Source: Oscillospiraceae bacterium (GTDB lineage Bacteria > Bacillota > Clostridia > Oscillospirales > CAG-272). From it: a stretch of 64,000 nt of DNA. The stretch lies in the NCBI GenBank assembly GCA_015064085.1, contig SVSX01000002.1:9282-73281 (forward strand), given 5' to 3'. The notes beneath the pieces are model-generated. The model searched no databases and was not told where the DNA came from. It was given only the letters and a program-made list of their open reading frames with translations. Made by a program: the position numbers and the translations under genes. Of the stretch, positions 29,476 through 38,934 are shown in pieces. Numbering within the stretch: position 1 is the first letter of the stretch; every line of letters begins with the position of its first letter.

Positions 29476-30702
29476 ATGAAAAAAGTATTGAAGCTTTATA
29501 CCGATACCCCCTTGATCCTGCGTATCGCGATCGGGCTTGTAATAGGTATATGCCTCGGAATTTTCCTGCCTAAAGCGACCTTTGTTGAAATTTTTGGCAA
29601 CGTATTTGTGGGCGCACTCAAGGCTATCGCACCAATTCTGGTGTTTATTCTTGTTATCGCGTCACTCTCAAGCGCGGGTAAGGGAATAGGTAAGCGATTC
29701 GGAACTGTCATCTTCTTTTATATTCTGACTACCTTTCTCGCGGCTGCTTGTGCTGTTCTCGCATCGTTTATCTTTAAGGTGAAAGTGCCGCTAACGATCG
29801 CTCCCGAGCTTAACTCCGCTCCCACGGGACTTGGCGAGGTCTTTAGCGCTTTGCTTGGGAATATGGTCGCAAACCCTATTTCGGCTATAATTAACGGCAA
29901 CTATATCGGAATTCTCACCTGGGCAGTCATTCTTGGTCTCGCGCTCCGTCAGATAGCGTCGGACGGTACAAAGGAGATGCTTACGAATCTTTCCGACGCC
30001 GTTTCACGTGTGGTCGGTTGGGTAATTCAGCTTGCCCCGTTCGGCATTATGGGATTGGTATTTTCATCTGTCAGTGAGTACGGCTTGAATATCTTCCTTG
30101 ATTACGGAAAGCTTCTGCTTGTTCTTGTGGGATGTATGCTTTTTGTGGCGCTTGTTATCGACCCTTTGGTCGTTGGCATATCCCTTCGCCGCAACCCCTA
30201 TCCGCTTGTATTCAGATGCTTCCGCGAGTCGGGGATCACCGCCTTTTTCACAAGAAGCTCGGCGGCAAATATACCTGTCAATATGAGCCTGTGCGGCAAG
30301 CTCGGGCTTGACAAGGAGTATTATTCGGTAGCTATTCCTCTCGGCGCTACCATAAATATGGACGGCGCGGCGACCACCATTACGGTGCTTTCGCTTTCGG
30401 CGGGATTCTCTCAGGGAATCGAGATAAACATATTACTTGCGATCCTTCTTTCCTTTGTTGCTACTCTCGGAGCGTGCGGCGCATCGGGCGTTGCGGGCGG
30501 ATCGCTCCTGCTCATTCCTATGGCGTGTTCGCTTCTCGGGGTATCTTCCGACGTGGCGATGCAGATGGTGGGTATCGGATTTATTATCGGCGTTGTTCAG
30601 GATTCTCTTGAAACGGCGATCAATTCCTCAGGCGACGTGCTTTTCTGCGCGACCGCCGAATACCGTGAAAGACTGAAGCGCGGTGAGGAGATACCTAAAT
30701 AA
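29476..30702 (+). CDS. sstT: Serine/threonine transporter SstT
   Basis: FVGALKAIAP, FFTRSSAANIPVN, PLGATINM, CGASGVAGGSLLLIP, QDSLETAINSS. Confidence 0.93.
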   Translation: MKKVLKLYTDTPLILRIAIGLVIGICLGIFLPKATFVEIFGNVFVGALKAIAPILVFILVIASLSSAGKGIGKRFGTVIFFYILTTFLAAACAVLASFIFKVKVPLTIAPELNSAPTGLGEVFSALLGNMVANPISAIINGNYIGILTWAVILGLALRQIASDGTKEMLTNLSDAVSRVVGWVIQLAPFGIMGLVFSSVSEYGLNIFLDYGKLLLVLVGCMLFVALVIDPLVVGISLRRNPYPLVFRCFRESGITAFFTRSSAANIPVNMSLCGKLGLDKEYYSVAIPLGATINMDGAATTITVLSLSAGFSQGIEINILLAILLSFVATLGACGASGVAGGSLLLIPMACSLLGVSSDVAMQMVGIGFIIGVVQDSLETAINSSGDVLFCATAEYRERLKRGEEIPK

Positions 30703-30737
30703 TTTAATATATATTAATATAATTAACCACAAAAATG

Positions 30738-30841
30738 GGGGCTGTCACAAATGTGAATTTGTGACAGCCCCTTTTAGGGGATAAATGGGATCTTTTTATT
30801 TATTTTCGGACTTTTTCGGTCTTGCCAAATGTGACAGCCCC
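30738..30841. repeat. 15-bp perfect inverted repeat with a third half-site; terminator and/or IS-end relic
   Basis: GGGGCTGTCACAAAT-GTGA-ATTTGTGACAGCCCC (30738-30771) and TGTGACAGCCCC again at 30830-30841. Confidence 0.8.
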
Positions 30842-30851
30842 GCGGTCTTTT

Positions 30852-32291
30852 TTAATGTTTTCTCCAGGCAAAGGGAGAGAAGAGTATCAGCATAGGAATG
30901 ATCTCAAGTCGACCTACAAGCATTGTCAAAGAAAGGACGATTTTTGAAAACGCCGAGAAATCGGCAAAATTGCCCACAGGACCGACAGCTCCAAGTCCCG
31001 GACCTACGTTGCTTATACAGGTCAGTACCGCCGTGAAGGTGGTTTCAAAGTCGAATCCGTCTACCGATATAAGCAGTGCGCTTCCGATAAGTACAGTGAC
31101 GTGGAGGGCGAAATGGCTTGTGGCGTTTCTCACCGTCTCGTCGGGAATCGCCTCTCCGTCGAGCTTTACCACGTTTATCGAGCGAGGACGCAGAATGTGC
31201 TTGATCTCTCTTCCCATAGTTTTCATTAGAATGATCACGCGCGAGATCTTGAGTCCGCCCGCGGTCGATCCCGCACAAGCACCTATCAGGGTGAGGACCA
31301 GCAGCAGCATCTTTGAAAATGTGGGCCACAGATCGTAGTTCAGTGTTACAAATCCCGTTGTAGAGATGATAGACGTGACCTGGAAGAAGGCTGTTCGAAT
31401 GCAGCTTTCGAGTCCCGAGAAGCTCTTCGCGATATTAATGGCTATAAGCAGAGTTGCTGTAAGACAGATCGCAAGATAGCACCTGAGCTCCTCGCTTTTG
31501 AAGGCCTCCTTGAATTTTTTTATTAGAATAAAGAAATATATGTTGAAGTTTATACCGAAGATCATCATAAATATTGCGATGACCCATTCGGCGGCGGGGT
31601 TATTATATCCCGCGATAGAGTCGTTAAGCACCGAAAAACCGCCCGTTCCCGCAGTGGCGAAAGAGGTTACAAGGGCGTCGTAGAGTGGAAGTCCGCAGAG
31701 GCAGAGGGCAATTACCTGAATCGTAGTAAGAACAAAGTATATGCCATAGAGTATAAGGGCGGTCTGCTTCATTTTCGGAACGAGCTTACCCTTTTGCGGT
31801 CCGGGTACTTCGGCTCGCATAAGGTAGTTGGTCTCTCCGCCCGCAGAGGGGAGGATCGCGAGAATAAATACCAGAACACCCATACCGCCTATCCAGTGAG
31901 TAAAGCTTCGCCAGAAGAGAATACCTTTTGGAAGTGACTCTATCTCTCTGAGTATAGTCGAGCCTGTGGTGGTAAATCCCGACACCGTTTCAAAAAGGGC
32001 GTCAATAAAATTCGGTATAGCTCCGCTGATAACGAAGGGAAGCGCACCGAATAGCGAGAGGAGTATCCAGCCTGCCGCAACGGTAACGAAGCCCTCTTTC
32101 GTGTAAAACTTAATATTTTTTGGCTTGATGCATACAAAGGGGATCGATATCGCGAATAGTAGGACAGCCGTTATCAGAAACGGCGTGATGCTTTCGCTGT
32201 ATATGAGTGACACACCCATAGGTAGAAGCAGGAGGACACCCTCTATAAGCAGGAAGACACTGAGAAGATATCGTATCATTTTGAAGTTCAT
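30852..32291 (-). CDS. trkH: TrkH potassium uptake permease
   Basis: FETVSGFTTTG, WIGGMG, GTGGF, STTGF, GSTAGGLK, NVGPG, GRLE. Confidence 0.95.
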   Translation of the reverse strand: MNFKMIRYLLSVFLLIEGVLLLLPMGVSLIYSESITPFLITAVLLFAISIPFVCIKPKNIKFYTKEGFVTVAAGWILLSLFGALPFVISGAIPNFIDALFETVSGFTTTGSTILREIESLPKGILFWRSFTHWIGGMGVLVFILAILPSAGGETNYLMRAEVPGPQKGKLVPKMKQTALILYGIYFVLTTIQVIALCLCGLPLYDALVTSFATAGTGGFSVLNDSIAGYNNPAAEWVIAIFMMIFGINFNIYFFILIKKFKEAFKSEELRCYLAICLTATLLIAINIAKSFSGLESCIRTAFFQVTSIISTTGFVTLNYDLWPTFSKMLLLVLTLIGACAGSTAGGLKISRVIILMKTMGREIKHILRPRSINVVKLDGEAIPDETVRNATSHFALHVTVLIGSALLISVDGFDFETTFTAVLTCISNVGPGLGAVGPVGNFADFSAFSKIVLSLTMLVGRLEIIPMLILFSPFAWRKH

Positions 32292-33646
32292 TATCTGAGT
32301 ATCTCCTTAAGACCCTTGATTTGGGGGGCGGTGGTGACAACAACAACGGTATCTCCCGCTCCGATAGTGTCGTTACCCGAGGGGATAACGACCTTTTCAT
32401 TCTGAAGGATGCAGGCTATAAGTACGCCCTCGCGGAGCTTCAGCTCCTTAAGAGGAACGTCGGTAAGTCCGTTGATGCGGGATTTTACCGAAAACTCGAG
32501 GATCTCGACCCTGTCACCGAGAAGTCTATGGAGTGACTCGATTTCAGAACCGCGCACACCCGAGAGGGATCTGATATATTTGAGAATATATACGGCGGTC
32601 GATGACTTGGGGGAGACAATGCTGTCGAGTCCCACCTGACTGAAAAGCTCGATATATGGAATGGCGCGTATCATAGTCACGATCTTGTTTGTGTTCTGGG
32701 TCTTTGCGTACATCGATACGATAGCGTTTTCCTCGTCGATATCCGAAAGGGCAAGAAAGGCGTCTGTCTTGTCGAGCCCCTCCTCAAGGAGAAGCTCCTG
32801 CTTTGTTCCGTCATCACAGACCACAGTGCAGCTGAACTGCTCGGCAAGCTCTCTGCAAAGCTCCTTGTTCTTTTCGATAACAGTGGATTGTATCTTTCCG
32901 CGCTTTAAGAGATTTTGAAGATAATATGTCGTTCTTCCGCCTCCCACTATAAGCACGTTCTTTACGGGATTTTTATATGCGCCTATCGCCTTGAAGAATT
33001 TTGTGATGTCGTCCTCGGTTGCGGTAACGCAGATGGTGTCACCCTTCTGAATACTGAAAAGACCCGTGGGGATATATGCCTTTCCGTCACGGAGAACGGC
33101 ACAGATCAGAAATCTTATGTTGAGCTTGATTCTCAGCTCATTGAGGGTCACGTTGCAGATGGGAGAGTCCTCGGGTACGAGATACTGAGCCACCTCGACT
33201 CTGCCCTTGCAGAAGGTATCGAGCTTAGTTGCCGCGGGGAAGCGGAGAGTGCTGTATATCTCCTTAGCCACAGCCAGCTCGGGGTTTATGGTAAGCGATA
33301 GGTTGAGGTCCTTTTTCATAAGCTGCATAAGCTCGGAATATTCGGGGTTGCGCACTCGCGCTATAGTGTTCTTGACACCGAGCTTTTTTGCCGCGAGACA
33401 GCAGAGAATGTTGATCTCGTCGCTCGAGGTCACGGCGATAAGAAGGTCTGCCTTCTCCACGTCGGCTTTTTTCAGCACAGAAAGCTCAGCGCCGTTGCCC
33501 ATAACGCCGAAGACGTCGCATTTATTTGATATCTCTGTCAGCGCCGACAGTGAAGAATCAACAACTGTTATGTTGTGGTGCTCCTCCATAAGCTGATAGC
33601 AGATCGACGCACCGACCGTTCCGCATCCTACAATGACGATATTCAT
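32291..33646 (-). CDS. trkA: TrkA potassium transporter NAD-binding subunit
   Basis: Two RCK modules (IVGCGTVG; IVGGGRT), DEINIL, ARVRNPEY, INPE. Confidence 0.95.
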   Translation of the reverse strand: MNIVIVGCGTVGASICYQLMEEHHNITVVDSSLSALTEISNKCDVFGVMGNGAELSVLKKADVEKADLLIAVTSSDEINILCCLAAKKLGVKNTIARVRNPEYSELMQLMKKDLNLSLTINPELAVAKEIYSTLRFPAATKLDTFCKGRVEVAQYLVPEDSPICNVTLNELRIKLNIRFLICAVLRDGKAYIPTGLFSIQKGDTICVTATEDDITKFFKAIGAYKNPVKNVLIVGGGRTTYYLQNLLKRGKIQSTVIEKNKELCRELAEQFSCTVVCDDGTKQELLLEEGLDKTDAFLALSDIDEENAIVSMYAKTQNTNKIVTMIRAIPYIELFSQVGLDSIVSPKSSTAVYILKYIRSLSGVRGSEIESLHRLLGDRVEILEFSVKSRINGLTDVPLKELKLREGVLIACILQNEKVVIPSGNDTIGAGDTVVVVTTAPQIKGLKEILR

Positions 33647-33724
33647 AAAAAAACCTCCTACGCTTATTTAACTATAATTATAACACCTTTTTTTGATTTT
33701 TTCAATACAATTCGAAAATAATAT

Positions 33725-33762
33725 AAAAACAGTGCCGTTCAAAAATGAGCGGCACTGCTTTT
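33725..33762 (-). terminator. Terminator of GH127 gene
   Basis: CAGTGCCGTTCA/TGAGCGGCACTG stem flanked by A/T runs. Confidence 0.7.
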
Positions 33763-33778
33763 AATGTATATGCGTATT

Positions 33779-35593
33779 TTACTTTACAAAGTGCCAGACC
33801 TGCATCTCGCACTCGCCTCTGTTAGCAAAGGCATAATAGGGAATGAGGGTGGCTTTTGTCTCCTCAAGAAGCTCTTTTCTCTCGCGGTAAAGGGGAGCGT
33901 TTTCCTCCTTTTTGCGCCTGTACGCCTTGATCTTAAGAGTCGGCACGCCGAGTGTCGGATGAATACCCTCCTCAAATCCTGCGCCGCCGTCGAGTCTTAT
34001 ATCGCGTATCATCTCGCCGTTGTCTGCGCTTTCCATACAGTATACCACAGGTCCTCTCATAACGGCGTATCTTCCGCAGTCGAAGATCGCCTCGGGTCTT
34101 GCCTCGATAAATACCGTGGGCATACCGAGATCAAGGCTGAGGGTCTCTCCGTCACTGAGGTCAAAATATGCGTATCCCTTTGTAGTCTCGCCCGTGTAGC
34201 TCTTGCACCAATAGGGTATTCTGACGGCAACCTTAAGAGCGCTTCCGTTGACAGTAAGCTCAAGCTTACCGCTCTCGGGGAAGTTGGTCTTTTGTGTCAC
34301 CTTTATTTTTTTTCCGCCGACCACGGTCTCGGTCTCACTGTTCATATACTGATGAACAAAGAGCGTGTCATCACTCGCCGAGTAAAGGAAATTACCTATT
34401 GAGGCGATAAATCTCAGAATGTTGGGAGGACAGCAGGAGCAGTCGAATACCTCCTTGCGTGTCGTGCTCGGGAAGTGTATTGTTCTTGACGAGTCGGACG
34501 CGCTGACGTCACGCTTGTTCATATATGGAATTATCTCAAGAGGATTTTCGTAGAAGAAGGAGCGTCCGTCAAGTGAAACCGAGGACAAAAATCCGTTGTA
34601 GATGACTCTTTCTATAGTGTCGGAGTATTTTGAGTTAGCATCGAATTTCAACATTCTGTTGGCGAAAAGGGCAAGTCCAAGGGCGGCACAGCTCTCTGTG
34701 TAGGCGAGAATGTTTGAGAGATCGTAATCCACGGTGAATGCCTCTCCCACAGAGGAAGAGCCGATACCGCCCGTGATGTACATTCTCTTTGTTATTATAT
34801 TCTCAAATAGCGTTTCGCAAGCCTCAAAAAGCTCCTTGTCGCCTGTGTGGTAGGCAAGATCAGCCATTCCGCAGAAAAGATACACGGCACGGACCGCGTG
34901 GCCTTCAGCTGTTGTCTGCTCTCTTACGGGCAGGTGTGATTGACTGTAGCGCGGGTTGCTTGACTCGACTGAGCATCCCCTCTTGTCGATAAAGTGCTTT
35001 GCGAGAGCGAGATGCTTCTCGTTTCCCGTGACCTCGTAAAGCTTCAGAAGTGCCAACTCGATCTCCTCGTGTCCGGGGGTGAAAAATCCCGTGTCGGCGT
35101 CGGTCACAAAGCGCTTCTCAATATAGTCGACGTAGTCGCACATAAGCTCGAGAAATCTCCTCTTTCCGGTGGCGTTTGCGTAGGCTATAGCCGCCTCAAT
35201 GAGGTGACCCGCGCAGTAGAGCTCGTGCCAATTTCTCGTGGTAAATATCTTGTCGGGCTCGACGGTTATGAAATAGGAGTTGAAATAGCCGTTGTCAAGT
35301 CTGTTCTTTTCAATGAGTGAGACCACCTTGTCAATGACCGCCTCGGCTTCGGGCAGCGGAGCTTCCTCCAAAAGATAGGCAACGCCCTCTATCCATTTCG
35401 CCACGTCGGAGTCCCAGAAGATATGGGGCTTCAGGGGATCGCCCTCCTTCCAGTTGCACTCAAATGCGTCAAAGCGTCCCGTTTCCTTGAAGCGATCGTA
35501 AACCGCACCAACGGTGACGTTTCTCAGCATATCCTGCTTTTGTTTCCAAAATCCGTCGGTTATTTTTGTGCGTGAAAAGTCTACGGTGTTCAT
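33779..35593 (-). CDS. GH127 beta-L-arabinofuranosidase-like
   Basis: FWDSDVAKWIE, HELYCAGH, GHEEIELAL, GHAVRA, YTESCA, CSCCPPN, PYYAFANRG. Confidence 0.93.
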   Translation of the reverse strand: MNTVDFSRTKITDGFWKQKQDMLRNVTVGAVYDRFKETGRFDAFECNWKEGDPLKPHIFWDSDVAKWIEGVAYLLEEAPLPEAEAVIDKVVSLIEKNRLDNGYFNSYFITVEPDKIFTTRNWHELYCAGHLIEAAIAYANATGKRRFLELMCDYVDYIEKRFVTDADTGFFTPGHEEIELALLKLYEVTGNEKHLALAKHFIDKRGCSVESSNPRYSQSHLPVREQTTAEGHAVRAVYLFCGMADLAYHTGDKELFEACETLFENIITKRMYITGGIGSSSVGEAFTVDYDLSNILAYTESCAALGLALFANRMLKFDANSKYSDTIERVIYNGFLSSVSLDGRSFFYENPLEIIPYMNKRDVSASDSSRTIHFPSTTRKEVFDCSCCPPNILRFIASIGNFLYSASDDTLFVHQYMNSETETVVGGKKIKVTQKTNFPESGKLELTVNGSALKVAVRIPYWCKSYTGETTKGYAYFDLSDGETLSLDLGMPTVFIEARPEAIFDCGRYAVMRGPVVYCMESADNGEMIRDIRLDGGAGFEEGIHPTLGVPTLKIKAYRRKKEENAPLYRERKELLEETKATLIPYYAFANRGECEMQVWHFVK

Positions 35594-35714
35594 AAAAAAC
35601 CTCCTGAAATTCGAATTAAAGCTTGAAAATAAAAGCTTTTTATGGTAAAATTATATCAAATAGACAAGTTGCCTTCAACCTACACAGAACGAGAAAAGGA
35701 GCAAAAATCCGACT

Positions 35715-36488
35715 ATGTACGAAAGCGTTGAATTTGTTAACGGCGGGAAGTTCACCTCGCGGGGAGTCTGGAAGCATCCCGAAAGAAGGATAGACACAAC
35801 CGAAATAATTATTGTAACAATGGGAAAGATATATATAGCCCTTGACGGAGTAGAATACGAGCTCGGTGTCGGAGACGTGCTGAGGATACCTGCGGGAGTG
35901 CTTCACGGAGGCACGAGGGAGAGCAGTGAAACTGTGTCCTTCTATTGGCTTCACTTCAAGGGCGGAGACAGTGAGAGCCTTCCTCCCGTCCTCTCAAGAC
36001 CCGAAAGTATATATCAGGCGGAGCTTCTGGCAAGGCAGATACTTCATTATTCCAATACCGAGGGCTATCCGAGGCAGTGCGGTACTCTGCTTTTGCGGGT
36101 ACTGCTCGTTGAGCTCGGGTATGCCAGAGTAGGAGACGAAAGCAGTGGCTATAAACTCTACTGTGAGATAAAGGAGTGGGTCAGGGCAAATTGCGATATG
36201 CCGATAAAGGTATCGGACGTGGCAGAGCGCTTCAGCTATAATTCCGATTACGTCAACAGAGTGTTCAAAAGATATTATAAAGACGGTCTCAAGGCGTATA
36301 TAGATCAAATGAAGATGCAGAGGATAAAGCACGACCTCGTCTGTACAGATATGCCCCTGAAGGAGCTCGCGCAGAAATACGGCTTTTCGGAATACAAGTA
36401 TTTTCTTAAATATTTCAAGTACCACGAGGGGGCAACTCCAAGGGAGTACACCCGCGCGTATTATAATATACATACCAATACCAAGTAG
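35715..36488 (+). CDS. AraC-family regulator, divergent from GH127
   Basis: HPERRI cupin, FYWLHF; C-terminal HTH YFLKYFKYHEG.TP. Confidence 0.9.
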   Translation: MYESVEFVNGGKFTSRGVWKHPERRIDTTEIIIVTMGKIYIALDGVEYELGVGDVLRIPAGVLHGGTRESSETVSFYWLHFKGGDSESLPPVLSRPESIYQAELLARQILHYSNTEGYPRQCGTLLLRVLLVELGYARVGDESSGYKLYCEIKEWVRANCDMPIKVSDVAERFSYNSDYVNRVFKRYYKDGLKAYIDQMKMQRIKHDLVCTDMPLKELAQKYGFSEYKYFLKYFKYHEGATPREYTRAYYNIHTNTK

Positions 36489-36526
36489 TTCACATAAAAT
36501 TAACAATTGTAATTTCCAAATTGTCC

Positions 36527-36555
36527 TTGTAAAACGACTTGATTTGTGATAAAAT
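36527..36555 (+). promoter_or_regulatory. sigmaA promoter of decarboxylase cluster
   Basis: TTGTAA-17 bp-TAAAAT with extended TG. Confidence 0.55.
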
Positions 36556-36636
36556 TTAGTAAAATCGGGGTAAAAGGTTTGTTTGAGAGATCAGGCAAAA
36601 ACCTTACTCACTATTGCACAAAAACGGAGGCACACT

Positions 36637-38025
36637 ATGGTACAAAATGACGAAAAAGTGTACGGCGTATCAAAGGAAAGACTTGAGCTTCTTTTTGACG
36701 TCGGAACATTTGTCGAGCTTGGCGCATACACAAGACGCCCCACCTCGCCCGAGGAGTACGAAAGCGTTGTTTGCGGCTACGGAGCAGTTGACGGAAAGCT
36801 TGTTTTCGCCTTTGCTCAGGATAGCGGAAGAACAAAGGGCGCGTTTGGAGAACGCCACGCAAGAAAGATTGCCGATATGTATTCATTGGCAGTGAAGAAC
36901 GGAGCGCCTGTTGTGGGCGTGTTTGACAGCGCGGGAGCAGTGGTATATGACGGAGCGTCGGCGCTCGCGGCATACGGAAAGGTAATGAAATGTGTTTCCG
37001 ACGCGTCGGGAGTTATCCCTCAGATCGCAGTGATCGACGGCGTTTGCGGCGGCTCTGCGGCTGTTATCGCTTCGATGTTCGACCTTACGGTAACTATCGA
37101 AAATAAATCAAAGCTTTACGTTAACTCTCCCTTTGCTGTGGGAGATGAAATACTGAAGAAGGGCTTTTCTTCGGCGAACGGACTTTCCGCCGCTGAAAAG
37201 GCGACCGAGGCTGATGCCTTCGCATACGTCAAGCAGCTTCTCGGAATGCTTCCTCAGAACAATGCAGAGGGCGCGGTCATAAACGACCTTACCGACGACA
37301 TAAACAGACTCGTTGGATTTGATGCCGAGAGCTATGATCCCGAGGCACTTATGGCTCAGCTTTCCGATAACGGCAGATTTGTCAGAGTATATAAGGACTA
37401 CGCCGAGAACCTTTGCGCGGGCTTTGCCGTATTCGGCGGAGTTGCGGCGGGCGTGGTCGCCTCCGACCCCAAGAATGGCGGAGTTCTCGATATAAACGCG
37501 GCAAGAGTTGCCGCAAAGCTCGTCTCCTTCTGCGACAGCTTCTCGATCCCCGTGGTAACGCTTGTTAACAGCGAGGGACTCGACGTAAGCGCAGAGGCAG
37601 AAGGCGCGTCCTACGCATCCGAGCTTTCAAGACTTGCTATGGCTTACGCATCGGCAGAGAACGCAAAGCTCACTGTCGTTATGGGCAAGGCTTACGGTGC
37701 GGCATTCACGCTGCTTGGCTCGAAGTCGGTAGGCGCGGATATGGCATACGCTCTTGAGGGCGCGGCTATAAGCGTTCTTTCCCCCGAGGCATCGGTTGCC
37801 TTTGTTTGGAACGACAAGGTCGGCAAGGACGGAGCGACCAGAGAAGAGGTCGAGGCAGAGTGGAAGGAAAAGTGCGCGTCGGCTGCCGAGGCGGCTGAGC
37901 GAGGCGAGATCGATGACGTGATCGAAGCGTCCGAGCTCCGCAAGCGCATTTGCGCGGCTCTTTCAATGCTTGCCTTTAAGGCAGAGGGAAAGCCCTCGCG
38001 CAGACACGCTGTAATGCCTCTTTAA
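36637..38025 (+). CDS. Acyl-CoA carboxyltransferase (MmdA/PccB-like), divergent
   Basis: ERLELLFD.GTFVE, GYG.VDGK.VFAFAQD, SGVIPQI, KAYG, G.IDDVI; GGAGG RBS before ATG 36637. Confidence 0.85.
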   Translation: MVQNDEKVYGVSKERLELLFDVGTFVELGAYTRRPTSPEEYESVVCGYGAVDGKLVFAFAQDSGRTKGAFGERHARKIADMYSLAVKNGAPVVGVFDSAGAVVYDGASALAAYGKVMKCVSDASGVIPQIAVIDGVCGGSAAVIASMFDLTVTIENKSKLYVNSPFAVGDEILKKGFSSANGLSAAEKATEADAFAYVKQLLGMLPQNNAEGAVINDLTDDINRLVGFDAESYDPEALMAQLSDNGRFVRVYKDYAENLCAGFAVFGGVAAGVVASDPKNGGVLDINAARVAAKLVSFCDSFSIPVVTLVNSEGLDVSAEAEGASYASELSRLAMAYASAENAKLTVVMGKAYGAAFTLLGSKSVGADMAYALEGAAISVLSPEASVAFVWNDKVGKDGATREEVEAEWKEKCASAAEAAERGEIDDVIEASELRKRICAALSMLAFKAEGKPSRRHAVMPL

Positions 38026-38040
38026 TTCGGAGGTGCTTTT

Positions 38041-38475
38041 ATGAATTTTGATCTTATGATGTCCGGTATCGCACTGGCAATAAGAGCGGACGGAACTTAT
38101 GAGCCCTTTTCGGCAGACGCCTTCGCCTACGTCGGACAGATGATGCTTCTCGGAATGGGCGCTATCTTTGCCGTACTTGCTATCCTTTGGGGTGTACTCA
38201 CGGTGTTCAAGTTTGTATTTGCCGAGAAACCTATTAAGAAAACACTTGTTAAGGAAGAGCCAAAAGCTCCCGAGGCTCAGACGACGGTTGTCGAGTCAGT
38301 AGAGGAAGCTCCTTGCTCTGAGGCAGACGACGGCGGAGATCAGCTCATCGCCGTTATAACAGCCGCCATTGCCGCATACAGAGCGGCAGAAGAACCCGAA
38401 GCGGCGGCAACGGGATTCCGCGTTGTGTCCTTCCGCAGAGTGGGCGGCGGCAACGCGTGGAACACGAGAAAATAA
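38041..38475 (+). CDS. OadG/MmdD-family decarboxylase membrane subunit
   Basis: Single TM (LLGMGAIFAVL), LIAVITAAIAAY, FRVVSFRR. Confidence 0.88.
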   Translation: MNFDLMMSGIALAIRADGTYEPFSADAFAYVGQMMLLGMGAIFAVLAILWGVLTVFKFVFAEKPIKKTLVKEEPKAPEAQTTVVESVEEAPCSEADDGGDQLIAVITAAIAAYRAAEEPEAAATGFRVVSFRRVGGGNAWNTRK

Positions 38476-38501
38476 ATTTTTGAAAGGTTAAGGTTATAAT
38501 A

Positions 38502-38900
38502 ATGAAAACTTATCTTATTGCCGTTAACGGCGTTACCTATACAGTAGAGGTACAGGAGGTCGCTTCCGCTGCCTCCGCACCCGTAGCAGCTCCTGCTCCC
38601 GCAGCAGCACCCGCACCCGCGGCAGCACCCGCACCCGCAGCAGCACCCGCTCCCGCGGCAGCACCCAAGGCAACAGGCGCAAAGGGCGCTGTGTCCGTAA
38701 AAGCTCCTATGCCCGGCAACGTAGTCAAGGTAAACTGCAAGGCAGGCGCGGCTGTAAAGAAGGGCGACGTTCTCGTTGTTCTTGAAGCTATGAAGATGGA
38801 AAACGATATTTGTGCTCCCGATGACGGAGTAGTCGCAAGCGTTGAGGTATCTCAGGGCGCATCTGTTGAGACAGACGCAGTTCTCGTAACTCTTAACTGA
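38502..38900 (+). CDS. Biotin carboxyl carrier protein
   Basis: EAMKMEN biotinylation motif; Ala/Pro linker. Confidence 0.95.
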   Translation: MKTYLIAVNGVTYTVEVQEVASAASAPVAAPAPAAAPAPAAAPAPAAAPAPAAAPKATGAKGAVSVKAPMPGNVVKVNCKAGAAVKKGDVLVVLEAMKMENDICAPDDGVVASVEVSQGASVETDAVLVTLN

Positions 38901-38934
38901 TTCCTTTGCATAACAAAATCTTTGAAAGGAAACA

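Noticed and set aside
19047-30851. Prophage, ICE or classical integron in the accessory region
   Set aside because: No integrase, transposase, relaxase, phage genes, tRNA target or attC-like sites recognised
38565-38670. 18-bp tandem repeats
   Set aside because: They encode the ordinary Ala/Pro linker of the biotin carrier protein
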